A stretch of 64,000 bases of DNA, from NCBI RefSeq assembly GCF_006345805.1, contig NC_043012.1, positions 23,808,001 through 23,872,000 on the forward strand, written 5' to 3'. Every line of letters begins with the position of its first letter. Position 1 is the stretch's first letter. This stretch comes from Octopus sinensis (taxonomy: Eukaryota). Below the pieces are notes generated by a model, which worked only from the letters and a program-made list of their open reading frames with translations, was not told the origin of the DNA and made no database searches. Positions 27,217 to 39,365 of the stretch are shown here, piece after piece. A program made the translations under genes and the position numbers.

Positions 27217-27775
27217 CCCTTGGTAAAAATTCTGAAATAGCCTTTAAGATATCTACGATTAACCACTGCAAGGGGAATTACTCCTGTAAGACAAACGGGG
27301 CTTGGTTTTTTCACAGCGGGGGGTTTCCTTGACAAGGCAGGCTTAGATGAACACACACACACATAAAACATAATATATATATTTTTTTTTTTTTTTCTGC
27401 CACCCAACGGTTCTCGCGGCAGTAGCCACTGACAGCCGAACGCTCAAACGCACACACGTACACAAAAATGTTTTCTACCCCTACGCCAACACACACATAT
27501 ATAGAACAGTATACACACACCACGTCTCTAAGTAGATTTTTTCTCGCCCCTTATAAAACATCCAATATTCCTTAAATAGTCAGAACTTTATTCTCGGTCA
27601 CAAAGAACACCCACACACCCTCACCCACATGATTGACCGATGCCTGACCCGTTAAATTCTTCAGCCACCGGTTCTCAGCATACTGATAAACAGTTTCGCC
27701 ATGGGCTCTTAGGAGCATAGTTCGATTTGTTTTTGCTCCGCCTCTGTTCTGTTTTTGTTTTTCCAACGGATTTCC

Positions 27776-27869
27776 TATTTTCTTCCTGAAGAGAAAGACA
27801 CAATATGGTCCCATTATTCAATCGGATTTTGGTAATTTGTGCCTTTCGAAACACGTGTAGAATGAAATA
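27776..27869 (+). ncRNA. Type I hammerhead ribozyme with a palindromic, loop-less stem III (dimer-type)
   Basis: Stem I UAUUUUCUUC/GAAUGAAAUA; core CUGAAGA 27786-27792; stem II GAAAGACACAA/UUGUGCCUUUC (10 of 11 pairs) with a large loop; GAAA 27848-27851; stem III ACACGUGU; GUA triplet. Confidence 0.82.
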
Positions 27870-27924
27870 AAACGATTTCTGTTCAATCTGCGTTCAGCTC
27901 CATTTCTTCAATTCACCAATAATG

Positions 27925-27973
<49 letters not shown>

Positions 27974-28448
27974 TAGATAGATATGTACACACACACAGAA
28001 ATACTTTTATACACATTATATATGTGTCCGTGTGTGTTTGTGAGAGAGAGAGAGCATGAAAAAGAGAGAGTGAGGAATTATACAGATAGAGGCATAAATT
28101 TGATAAAAAATGTGAATTTTTAATTATTTTCTGAGAATTTACAAAAACAACAATGAGTTAAAGTGTACATACACATACACCTTCACATTCTTTATCATTA
28201 TCATCATCAACAACAAAAAAGTTTTACAATTAAATTACTGGTTATTCTTCTGAAATTTATGCTACAAACACCGCAACAGCAGAATAGATATTGCAGGATG
28301 ACTGTATGGTGAGTAAGTCTGCTCTAACCAAAGATGTGGTGTCAGGTTTAGTCTGCACTGCAGGGCAACCTGGGCCAATGCATGCCATTATGATTCCTGA
28401 CCAACCTAAGACCAACTAAGTGGATTTGATAGATAGAACCAAAGCATG

Positions 28449-28664
28449 TTAACCCTTTTGTTACCAACCCGGCTGAAACCGGCTCTGGCTCTGTTGTACA
28501 AATGTCTTGTTTGCTTAAGGTTTCAATTAAAATCTTCCACCAAACCTTAGTCACAATTTATGTTCCTAATACAAGCTGAATGATAACTAAGTTATTTGAT
28601 ATATTTAAAGTAATTGAAAGAAACACAGAGCATCTCTAAATAAATACAATAACGAAAGGGTTAA
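28449..28664. mobile_element. piggyBac-type MITE with TTAA target duplication
   Basis: TTAA-cccttttgtta...taacgaaaggg-TTAA; related partial copies at ~9372-9525, ~40820-40970 and ~62800-62930. Confidence 0.8.
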
Positions 28665-29129
28665 ATATGTAGGCTTATCAGTGAGAAATGCTGCATTCGC
28701 GATCAAAAAACAGAAACAACAAAAGTCACATGGATGTTACGCTGTGATCAAAAAAGTAAAAACACAATGTTTTGAGTAATGGCTCTTTGTTGGATAGTTG
28801 AGGAAAGTTCAGGAAAGAGGAAAAGGAGGAAGGAATGAATAGTCAGGTGTAAAGTACATGGTTGCTAGATGATCATGTGTGTGTGTGTGTGTGTGTTTGT
28901 AACTCCTTGGCTTGACGACACACGATGGTCATAAATGAGTGTTATTAGCATAGCAGCATATTCCTTTATTTCCAATCTTCCATGGAAGCATGACTGAAAA
29001 CAAATGAAGGTTGGCTAAAGGAAGGGTATCTGGCCATAGACAATCTCCTACAATGAATTGTCTGACCCATGCAAGCTTGGAAAACTGGATATTAGCATCT
29101 TGGTGATCACACACACACATACACACACA

Positions 29130-29438
29130 TGTTGTTGTTTGTTCCTTCTCGAGCCATGCCTGGCTCATAAGGGCTGGTTTCCCAGTTTCATCGGCATATA
29201 GGTTCCCCACCTGGATGGGACGCTGGTCTGTCTCAGGTGAGATGCTAGATACAGGAGGAAAGAGTGAGAGAAACTTGTGGTGAAAGAATCAATAGAGGTT
29301 TGTCATTACCTTCTGCCAGAGTCATGTGGAGTTTTAGGTGTTTGCTCATAAACACAGACATCGCTCGGTCTGAGATACGAAACCACAATTCCTCGACCAT
29401 GAGTCTGCTGCTCTAATCACTAGGCAATGTGCCTCTAC
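29130..29438 (-). mobile_element. SINE family C with tail type 2
   Basis: Reverse complement of 45620-45925, ending in (AAC)n. Confidence 0.8.
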
Positions 29439-29442
29439 ATAT

Positions 29443-29697
29443 ATCATCATCATCATCATTTAATGTCCATCTTCCATCCTGGCATGAGCTAGACGGTTTG
29501 ATTAGGGACGGGCAAGCCAGTAGGCTGCACCAGGCTCCAATCTGATCCGGCAAGGTTTCTACAGCTGGTTGCCCTTCCTAACGCCAACCACTCCGAGAGT
29601 GTAGTGGGTGCTTTTTTTGTGCCACCGGTACAAGAGCCAGTCAGACGGCACCAGCATCGACCGCGTTTGAAAGGTGCTTTTTATGTGACACCAGCAC
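29443..29697 (-). mobile_element. RTE-type LINE 3' end
   Basis: (CAT)n...gcccttcctaacgccaaccactcc...ggtgctttt. Confidence 0.78.
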
Positions 29698-29718
29698 AGT
29701 ATATATATATATATATAT

Positions 29719-30100
29719 GGAGGCGCAATGGCCCAGTGGTTAGGGCAGCGGACTCGCGGTCATAGGATCGCGGTTTTGATTCCCAGACCGGGCATTGTGA
29801 GTGTTTATTGAGCGAAAACACCTAAAGCTCCACGAGGCTCCGGCAGGGATGGTGGTGATCCCTGCTGTACTCTTTCACCACAACTTTCTCTCACTCTTAC
29901 TTCCTGTTTCTGTTGTACCTGTATTTCAAAGGGCCGGCCATGTCACTCTCTGTGTCACGCTGAATATCTCCGAGAACTACGTTAAGGGTACATGTGTCTG
30001 TGGAGTGCTCAGCCACTTACACGTTAATTTCACGAGCAGGCTGTTCCGTTAATCGGATCAACCGGAACCCTCATCGTCTTAACCGACGGAGTGCTTCCAC
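29719..30100 (+). mobile_element. tRNA-headed SINE family C with tail type 1, in (TA)n
   Basis: A-box tggcccagtgg, B-box-like ggttttgattccc; body gtgtttattgagcgaaaacacctaaagctccacg...caactttctctcactct shared with 45620, 29130 and 53150. Confidence 0.85.
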
Positions 30101-30124
30101 CCATATATATATATATATATATAT

Positions 30125-30232
30125 GTCCCAACGATGGCACAATAACTGATGAGGGTAGATCCTGTCTTATACGTGTTTTTACCATGTGTTCGTTTGCTGT
30201 GTTACTCTGTAATATTTTACTCCCTCCCTCTC
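30125..30232 (+). mobile_element. Short PLE-like relic in (TA)n with an internally deleted HHR
   Basis: ATAA-CTGATGA-gggtagatcc-tGTC-TTAT (30142-30170): stem I and GUC are present but GAAA and stem III are missing. Confidence 0.5.
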
Positions 30233-30264
30233 AATATATAAATATATAAATATATATATATATA

Positions 30265-30484
30265 TAGTAATCCCTTGCCATATTGTGGATCACCTATTGC
30301 AGTTTATTACTTAAGCTTACATGGATTCCTCTCATGTTGTTTTGCATTTATAATAAAATAAATATGTACAAATTATAAAAATAAATTTTAAAAAAACATA
30401 CAGTACTGTTTCTACTTCACGGATTTTCACCTATCACGGGGGTTGGGGTTGGAAGTAACACCCGAGATAGTCAAGGGATTACTG
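30265..30484. mobile_element. Tc1/mariner (pogo/Tigger-like) MITE
   Basis: TIRs agtaatcccttg / caagggattact flanked by TA. Confidence 0.75.
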
Positions 30485-30515
30485 TATGTATGTATATATA
30501 TATGTGTATATATAT

Positions 30516-30860
30516 ATAGAATGGTTGTATACTGTCAATCTAACACGAACGTGACAGTAGGGGGGATCACCCCCGCTATTTTAGCCCTAGGAAGCATTGA
30601 CGCCTACTGATGGCTTTGACACATTTTTCCTGTGTCCTTATATACATTTACGAAGGGTATATAAGGACACGAAGGGTATATAAGGACACAGGAAAAATGT
30701 GTCAAAGCCATCAGGAGGCATCGATGCTTCCTAGGGCTAAAACAGCGGTGGTGTACCCCCCCTACTGTCACGTTCGTGTTAGATTGACAGTATACAACCA
30801 TTCTATCGCCCCACCACCGTACATGTCTCTATGAGAGATTTAGAAATTTAGTATTCCTGA
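30516..30860. mobile_element. Foldback element in (TA)n with no visible HHR
   Basis: Inverted arms 30516-30645 and 30676-30806, a central direct duplication cgaagggtatataaggaca x2, and a one-sided extension to ~30860. Confidence 0.8.
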
Positions 30861-32479
30861 TATATATATATATATATGGGACACAGAGAGAACTTGATAA
30901 AGTTTTCAAGTAAGGGTGAAGGAAAAAAATTTATGAGAGGGAGAGAGAGAGAGCAACAGAAGAGAGAAAGAGAAGAGGGAGACAAGGAGAGGAAGAAGGA
31001 AAGCTTGAGACAGATCGAAAAGCAAAGTAACCAATTGTGGACACAGGAAAAAATGATCCAGTTGACCATCACCTCCCCCCCCATAATTCAAATTACTGTG
31101 ACAAGAGTTACCCTACGAAACCGTTGCACATGGAAATTCTGTTAGGTCTCAGTAAGATCCATCCTTCTCCACCACCCGACCTGTTTCCTTTCTCTCCTCT
31201 TCTTTGTCATCCTTTTCTCTGGTTCCTCTCCTCCTTATTTTCGTTGATTCTAAACTAGATTATGGCTGATCAAATAGATCGCAGCCAGATCTATCTGCCA
31301 AGAAGAAATCAAAAGAAATCCTTGGTTTAACTCTTAAGCTGATTGGGAAGTTACAGGAAGTTAGTTCTAAATGGACGACTGAGTAATAGACTCATAATGT
31401 AACAGCAGGGATGGAGGAGGAGGATAGAGTAAGAGGTTAACAGGGGGAGGGAGTGAGAGAAAAGGGAATAGTCAGAAATAGACAAAAAGAGAGAGGAGGA
31501 AGGGGAGAGGAAGATAGTAAAAAAAATAGAGGGAGGAGAGGGGAGAGAGAAAGCTGGAAAGATAATGCAAACAAGAGGCAGAGAAGAGAGACAGCTAGAG
31601 GGAAAAAGATAAAGCTAGAGAGAGAGAGAGAGTGAAACAACTAAAGAGAAAGTGAGATAGATAGATTGATAGATAGATAAAGGGGGGAAAAAAAAGGGGA
31701 GGAGAGAAAGAGAGTATATTTTACTTTTAATGGGAAGTTCAAAACTTCACCAATTGTTCTTCTGAGTTTTCTGTTGTTGGAAACAAAAAATCTTGGACAC
31801 TTTCCATTGTCCAATACAATATTTCTAATTCTCCTTTAAAGTACTGAGAACTCACTATTCTTGAAGTTTCCAACTCAGGGTCCATTTGCAGCATCAACAC
31901 CACTGTCATCATCATTAGAGTGATTGTTGCAGCCATTTTTTTCAGAATCACAAAAGGCTTAAAAGTTTTGTTAAAATAGTCCTTTTGAAATACAGTCTTT
32001 GTTTCAATACATTTTGGAAATAATAAAGAATTTATTAAAATAACTTTGTTGTTATGAAACTGGTATTCCGCACATGAATTACCATAAAATTCTGATGGAA
32101 TAGAACCACATCTCCAGCATGCAAGTTCATGTAGCAGATAGAGTCAACATCATGGCTAGCTTTACAAATCCTGCTACATTTCTCATGGAATTTTTGAACT
32201 TCCAAAGTTGTCTGTGTGTATAAGTCAACCGACATTTTTGGCTGTAAATTTTGGTCTTAAAGATTTGACCAATATACCAGTAATTAGAGTACAATCAACT
32301 TAAAAAACGAAAATTATTAAAGGTAGGTTAGTCTCAGAAGATTTAGCACTTTACTTAGGCAGATTTTTCTATGGCCCTTCCTGTTGTAAACCTTTGTTTC
32401 TACAAGTAGTGAATTTTCATTCCACCAGTTCTCACAAATTCAAACTGGAAGAACAAGACATTTCTTTACAACAGAAAAT

Positions 32480-33270
32480 ATATAATGTCAGTATCCTTTG
32501 CTTGGGTTGAGGTGGTGGATCGATATAGCTTCCTTGATACAAAAATTTCCTGTGTTCCTCTCTTAGGCTAGTATGGAGACGTTTGTCTTTGATGATGTTA
32601 CTGCATTTGGTTAAGTATTTGCTGAAGGAAGGTATGGTGGTAGTGAGGTGCTCCTTCATTCAAATGGGGAGTGGTTAGGGCACTGTATCTGATATATTAT
32701 GTATGTGTGTAGGCACATGTTAGTGTAGTGAACAGGGCAGTACACCAGTGTTCAGGGCTTTGTTCTATGCATGGCCACCTCATTGATGGGTGTTTACATA
32801 GGGGCAGTCCTGAATGAGCCAGAAGGATGACGAGATCTTCCCTGCAGATGGCATTCTAATAGCAGAGGTGGTTCTCTCGCTAAAGTGGGGAATCTACAAG
32901 AAGTTGGTCTTAAAGAGATCCCACTTGCCACATTTAATTGGCTTCTAGTTCATGTATGGAGTTCACAACAGATGTTGGGAATCTGAGGAACTGAGCAACA
33001 AGAGCATCCTGGCTGGCATTGTTGCTGCATGTCTTGTATATCTAGCTGATCTTCTTCTGTACATAGCTTATCTTAGCACTGATGAGGTGGGCTGACTTAT
33101 AATAGATGAAGAGGTCCCAGCAAGATGATTTTCAGTAGAACTTTTCCTTCATCCATGATATTTAGCTGAAAGTCAAGCAAGGAGAGGGAACCATCACTGT
33201 TTTGGTGTTCAATGGTGAAGCTAATATATTGGATAATATCTTTCATGGATATGATGCAATTTGTTGAAAC
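32480..33270 (-). pseudogene. Degenerate Penelope-like RT thumb plus GIY-YIG remnant
   Basis: ISFTIEHQNSDGSLSLLDF resembles the PLE RT motif I.FT.E...G.L.FLD; downstream MKEHL...FSKYLTKC resembles the PLE endonuclease KEH...H region; stops and frameshifts present. Confidence 0.65.
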
Positions 33271-33844
33271 AGATTTTTTGGGACCAGGTGACCACCCTGT
33301 CCTCAACCCTTACCTGTATCCAAGCATATGATATCTTTTATGAATGATGATGATGATATTCTTTCCATTATCACATAATGTCAAGACAAAGCTATACACA
33401 CACACACACACACACACATAGGCCTGGATGTGTGGTAAGATGTTTGCTTCCCAACCATGTGGCCTTGGGTTCAGTCCCACTGTGTGGAATTTTTAGCAAG
33501 TGTCTTCTAGTATAGCTCCACCTGAAAGAAGTCTATTGTATGAATGTGTGTGTGTGTGTGTGGGTGTGTTTGTGTGAGTATGTTCATATACAAGTCTTGA
33601 CATTGTGATAGTTGAAAGAGACTGTGTGTATATGTATGAGTGTTTTTTTTTTACCTGTTTGTCATTAGACTGTGGCCATGCTGTGGCACTGTCTTGAAGA
33701 ATTTTAGCTTAATGAATCAACTGCAGGACTTATTATTTTTTTAACCAGATTCTTATACTACCAGTTTCTTTTACCGAGCCACTAAGTTACAGGGATGAAA
33801 ACATACCAACACCAGCTGAGGTGGGAAACAAACAAACACAAAAA

Positions 33845-34270
33845 CATTTTCCATGCTGGCATTGGTTGGATGGTTTGATTGGAACTGGTAAGCCGGAGAG
33901 ATGCACCAGGCTCCAGTCTGATCTGTCTGGGTTTCTATACTTGAATTCCCTTCCTAACACCAACCACTCTACAGAGTGGAGTACCTTCTGTGTATCACTA
34001 GCACAGGTGCCCACCAGCACAGGTGCCTCTCACATGTCACTGGCATAGGTGATTTTTAACATGTTACCAGCACTAGCCTCAACTACAATGTCACTATGCT
34101 TGGCATGTCTCCTAAACAACAGCAAATAGTCAAAAGCCTCCATCATTTGTCACTGCCTCCATGAGACTTAACATCTGAAGCTCATATTCCACCCCTTCAT
34201 CCCACATTTTCCTGGGTCTACCACTTCTACAGCTTCCCTTCCACAATTAGAAACCAGCACTTCTTACACA
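33845..34270 (-). mobile_element. RTE LINE ORF C-terminus plus 3' UTR
   Basis: Minus strand 34270-34200 reads approximately KCWFLIVEG-SCRSGRPRKMWDE (RTE GRPR..W motif), followed by the 3' UTR family found throughout the window. Confidence 0.7.
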
Positions 34271-34417
34271 ACAGGTTTCTTTCAGTTTCTGCCAATCAAA
34301 TTCACTCACAAGGCTTCAGTCAGCCTGAGGCTATAGTAGAAGATACTTGTCCAAAGTTCCGGGACTGAACCCGGAACCATGTGGTTAGGAAGCAAACAGA
34401 CAGACAAACCTGTTATA

Positions 34418-34476
<59 letters not shown>

Positions 34477-34501
34477 ATATATTATATATATATAAAATAT
34501 A

Positions 34502-34534
<33 letters not shown>

Positions 34535-35239
34535 GTGTGTGTATGTATATATATATATATATATATATATTGTGTGTGTGTGTGTGTGTATATATCATAT
34601 ATATATATGTATGTATATACATAGAGAAAATGCAAGAGAGAGAGAGCAGGATTAGAACAGACAGATGTGACAAAGAGGAAGAGGGAAAGAACAAGTGAAT
34701 AGACATGAGAGGTGTAGAGATATGCAACAAGGGTGGAAGGAACTTTGATTAACTTTCCCATAGTAGATGTTATGTTCTGGTGAGATGGATAAAGAAAGAA
34801 GGTAGCAATGATGCAAAAGTGGTACAGGGGTGGTAGTGATGGTAGATTTTTTTTCTTTTTCTTGGAGGTGAAGGGTGGGCGTCTGAAGAAGGGAGAAAAA
34901 AATCCAGAAAAAAGAAACGAAACAGAAAAAAAGAAAACGTCTTTGGAGGCTTTTATTTTCCTTTCTCAGCAAAAAAAAATAAGTAAAAAATGAGATCTAT
35001 TGGGAGAGTGATTTGGGGGTAATTTTGTTATAATTGTATTTAGTCAAGTCTTTTGAACTGACAACAACAACAACAACAAAGACAGCAAGAACACAAGCAT
35101 GAACAACAAGAATGAGAAGTGAAGAGAACATAGCACAACCTAATAGAGAGTACATTTAACAGCAACAACAATAATATATCCATAACAGTAAAAAGATAAT
35201 GACACAATAACAGTAACGAGACGGTTACTTCATATGTAT

Positions 35240-35286
<47 letters not shown>

Positions 35287-35514
35287 TTATATATGCAAAT
35301 ACATACATATATATATATATATATTTATACATACGTATAAATACATATACATACATATTTATATATATATATTTATACATACGTATTAATACATATACAT
35401 ACATATTTATATATATATATGTTATATATATAATATATATATGTTATATATATATATATATATATATATTATGTATATATATATATATATATATATGTTA
35501 TATATATATATATG

Positions 35515-35546
<32 letters not shown>

Positions 35547-35555
35547 TATAATGTA

Positions 35556-35599
<44 letters not shown>

Positions 35600-35612
35600 G
35601 TATATATATATG

Positions 35613-35645
<33 letters not shown>

Positions 35646-37188
35646 GTATATATATATATGTATGTATATATATATATATATGCTTATAAATACAAACACA
35701 CACACACATATATATGTATAAATATATATTATAACAGAACAAAAAAACAAATATTAATACACACACACACACCACATAGATATATATGAGTACAAGTGTC
35801 TATGTATTATAAAAGTACACATACATAAAAAATATTCGTATAAACAATACATAAATTACTTCATATCTATATTTTTCTGCAAATATACATATATATTACA
35901 TAAATCTGTACAAGCATATTCACAGGTGTGTGTTCATGTGTGTGTTTGTGTGAGCATATATAGATATACAGATATCGGTGTGTGTATACATGCACATGTA
36001 TCTATACGTATGAATGCATCTGTCTAACTACATGCATGTATGTGTGCGTATGTATTTATAAATGTGTGTTTGTGTTTTCAAAATGTGATTTAAAAGAAAA
36101 TAAATTTGAAAAGAAGTGCCACTACTCGCAGACTTTATCAAGATACATTTTTGAAGAACAAAGATCAAGGAAGCTTAGAGAAACATGCACCACTGAAATT
36201 CTAAATGGTTTTAATAAATGTAAGAGCGATAGAAGGGAGCATTAGATTATTTCCGCCATCAATCTTACTTGTTCAGGAGGAGGTACAAACATAACATAAA
36301 TAGATAAAGAAAATGAATAATAGAAAGGAACACAAACAACAACAACACAGTAATATTAATAGATTGAGACCACAGGAAATAACTAAATAAATAAAGATCA
36401 ACAATCAAATACAAATATATAGAGAAAACAAATTATAAAAAGATTATATCAAAAAAATATAAAAAAAAAAGACAGAAAAAAATCCAGTAAGATGTAAAAA
36501 AAAAAGGGAAATTTAAAAAATAAGAAACTGTGTCTTAAAATTTTGTGTGGGAATAAAATACAAGTTTTGTTGATCTATATTATATTTTGTTACATTTGAT
36601 TTCATTTTATTCATCATTATTCTTTCATTTTCATTCTTCTCCCATCATGCTTCATTTTTGCCAGCCATTTTTTTACTTCATTTCTGTTGAATTTTTTTTT
36701 TATTCATTACATATATATATATATATGTGTGTGCATGTATGTATATATATATACATATATATGCATATACATATGCATATATGTATGTATGTATATTTTG
36801 TTTCTACATCTCTTTTCCTCATTTTGTTTCTTCTCTGGATGACTTCCAGGCCATTTCTGTCTTGGACTTTTTTCTGATTTCTTGTAAATTAGATCAATCA
36901 TTTCATTTCTTACTCAGCCATTTTATGTATATGTGTGAGTAATACACACACAAACATAGATATGTAAATACACACATATATATGAATATATATTTATATA
37001 TGTGAGTATGCATATGTGTGGTGTGTGTGTAGACATGTTTATATGTTTATATGCATGTATGCATGTATCTGTGTGTATGTAATTATTATTCTTACCACAT
37101 CAACACAGACCAATGCAATCAAATGTATATGCTTTTACAGAGTCATAAATAATTATTTGCGCATGCACACAAACATGTAGTTATCAGA

Positions 37189-37228
<40 letters not shown>

Positions 37229-37939
37229 ATACATATAAATACATATATTTCTCATATATACATATGTACACACACACAGACACACACGCATATATATATA
37301 TATACTATACAGGCACACACAAATACATAATATCTTTATTTAAAAAAAACTGTGTAGATATATCACTTAAATTAACCAAAACAAAGAGAGGTAGAGTTGT
37401 GTATCTGTAATGGTCTAGCTCATTGCATTTGCACACACACATATATATATATATATAAATATATAGTGCATACACATATACAATTTATATCATTACCGAA
37501 AGCATCTACCATTGATACACGCACACACACAATTGTACATACATTCATAAGTACAAAAACACATATGCATATATCAGCTTCATCGTTATCATTATTATTA
37601 AATATATATACAAACACATACACACACACACATTTTTTTCCATGCTAGCATGGATTAAATTAGTCTTCTCCAACAGAGCGTCTCACCACTTGTTACAGGC
37701 CTGTGTGATCTTCATTGTAAAACACAGCCCATTAAGATCAGCTTTTATACCAATCCTTCCTATCTATTCCGCAGCCTCAGGTTCTTGCTATTTAAATAAC
37801 TCAACACCCCTTTACCAAATACCATTCCCTTGTGTGTGCATCACATAACCATATCGATACAACTGCTTCCTCATATTTCCCCTTTCGTCCCCTTATTTTC
37901 CCTCTCAGCTCAATTGTGTTCTGTTATGTATTCATGTTA

Positions 37940-38270
37940 ACATTACACAGGGTAGAAACTTGGACAAAGTACAGAGCAATGGAGAAGAAGTCAGACGCTT
38001 TTGAAATGGGGATCTTTTGTTGATTGGGCAGAATAAGCTAGAAAGACAGGATAACAAACACTGTGGAACTAAAAAAAAAAAAAAAACTGGGAGTTGAGAA
38101 TCAAGTCCACAAGGTCATTGCCTTTTGGACATGAGTTGCTGCCTAAGAACAAAGTCTGAGGAGGTATGAAGAGGGAAGGCAAAACAGGGCATCAAAGACA
38201 TTTGTAGATTGATGACTTAAAAGAATGGAAACAAGGACCTAGTTCATTGTATGCATACAGTGGGAACTGA
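37940..38270 (+). pseudogene. RTE (BovB-like) RT C-terminal remnant
   Basis: LHRVETWT...KKSDAFEMGIFC*LGRIS*KDRITN resembles LYG.ETWT...K.DAFEMW..R.L.I.W.D.VTN. Confidence 0.7.
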
Positions 38271-38324
38271 AGAGTCTTGACAAACCAAAACCGAGACACA
38301 GAAAGGGCACTTGGCCAATGCCTA

Positions 38325-38445
38325 ATAACATCATACAGCCAGCATGGCATACTCACTTTACATTTGTCCAATCTCAGCACATCAATCACATTCAATGTCC
38401 AAATTTTGCTATCATACAATGTCACACACATTGGCAACAGCATAC
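38325..38445 (-). pseudogene. RTE RT remnant
   Basis: LYDSKIWTLNVIDVLRLDKCKVSMPCWLY resembles LYGSE.W.L...D..RL......M.RW. Confidence 0.6.
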
Positions 38446-39123
38446 AATCTTTTCTCTACTCAGATAGAAAATCCTTAGGGGCCACCAGACTATAGAGCAT
38501 GGAAGCTTATCAAAGGCATGTCTCAAGTCAACAACTTTCAGGTATATTAATAAGGTTTCAGTTATGAACTTGAATTTTTCTCATTAACCTTAGAACATCA
38601 GTAGTGTCTTAAACCTAAAATGCTCACCTGAATCACATCTCATCTAAGGTTCCTCTTGATTTTTCCTTATGCTCTAACTCCTATTTTCATCAGACAGAAA
38701 ATACTCTGAGTTGGTTTAACACTGTCAAAACAATGATGGGAGGCCTAAAGGGATAAGGTGGTAGTGGATGTGTTGGAACCAGAGTTCACTCGATAGACAG
38801 AACTAGTCTTAGGACTAGTTGCAAAGGAGAGAAAAGATGCTGACAGAAAACTATCAGAAGCCGCTGAGGAAGCAGCCATAACAAAAGATGCAAGTACAGC
38901 AAGAACAAGTATGGAGGAAGACAGAAATATCTGGCCCAGAGTCACAAAGCTTATGCTGCTGTGTGGGAGTTTTGCCACCTATATTGGTGGGTAACCTTGG
39001 GTAGCTCTGGTGTTGTGGTTCAAGGGGCCAAAACGCTACCAAAGCTGTTTCACTGCTTGCAGAGATATAGACTCCTGCATTCAGAGACAGAGTAGAGAAG
39101 CACCCTCAGAATACAAGTGTTTA

Positions 39124-39365
39124 CATCATCATCATCATCATCATCATTTAATGTCCATTTTTCCATGCTGGAATAAATTGAATGCTTTGACAGGAGATGG
39201 CAAGCCAATGAGCTGCACCAATTATATGTTTTGGCATTGTTTCTATGGTTGGATGCCCTTCCTAATGCCAACCACTTTATAGAGTCCACTAGGTGCTTTT
39301 TATGCAGCACCAGCACCAATGCTTTAGACATGGCACCAGCACTGGCCCTTTATATGTGGTACCAA
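39124..39365 (-). mobile_element. RTE-type LINE 3' end
   Basis: (CAT)n...tttccatgctgg...ggatgcccttcctaatgccaaccact. Confidence 0.75.

Larger units (their letters stand above)
26216..27926. mobile_element. 5'-truncated Penelope-like retroelement with an inverted pseudo-LTR, inserted in (TA)n
   Basis: Inverted arms 26364-26871 and 27421-27926 (~505 bp) enclose a GIY-YIG fragment; the left arm has a 3' extension to ~26216; HHR in both arms; (TA)n on both flanks. Confidence 0.9.

Noticed and set aside
29719-29790. tRNA-like sequences here and at 45620, 18064 and 8955 as tRNA genes
   Set aside because: No complete cloverleaf or terminator; each continues into a multi-copy SINE body
38745-39110. 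Possible remnant of a restriction-like-endonuclease non-LTR element (GLVAKERKDADRKLSEAAEEAA)
   Set aside because: Resemblance is short and from memory only, with no catalytic motif visible
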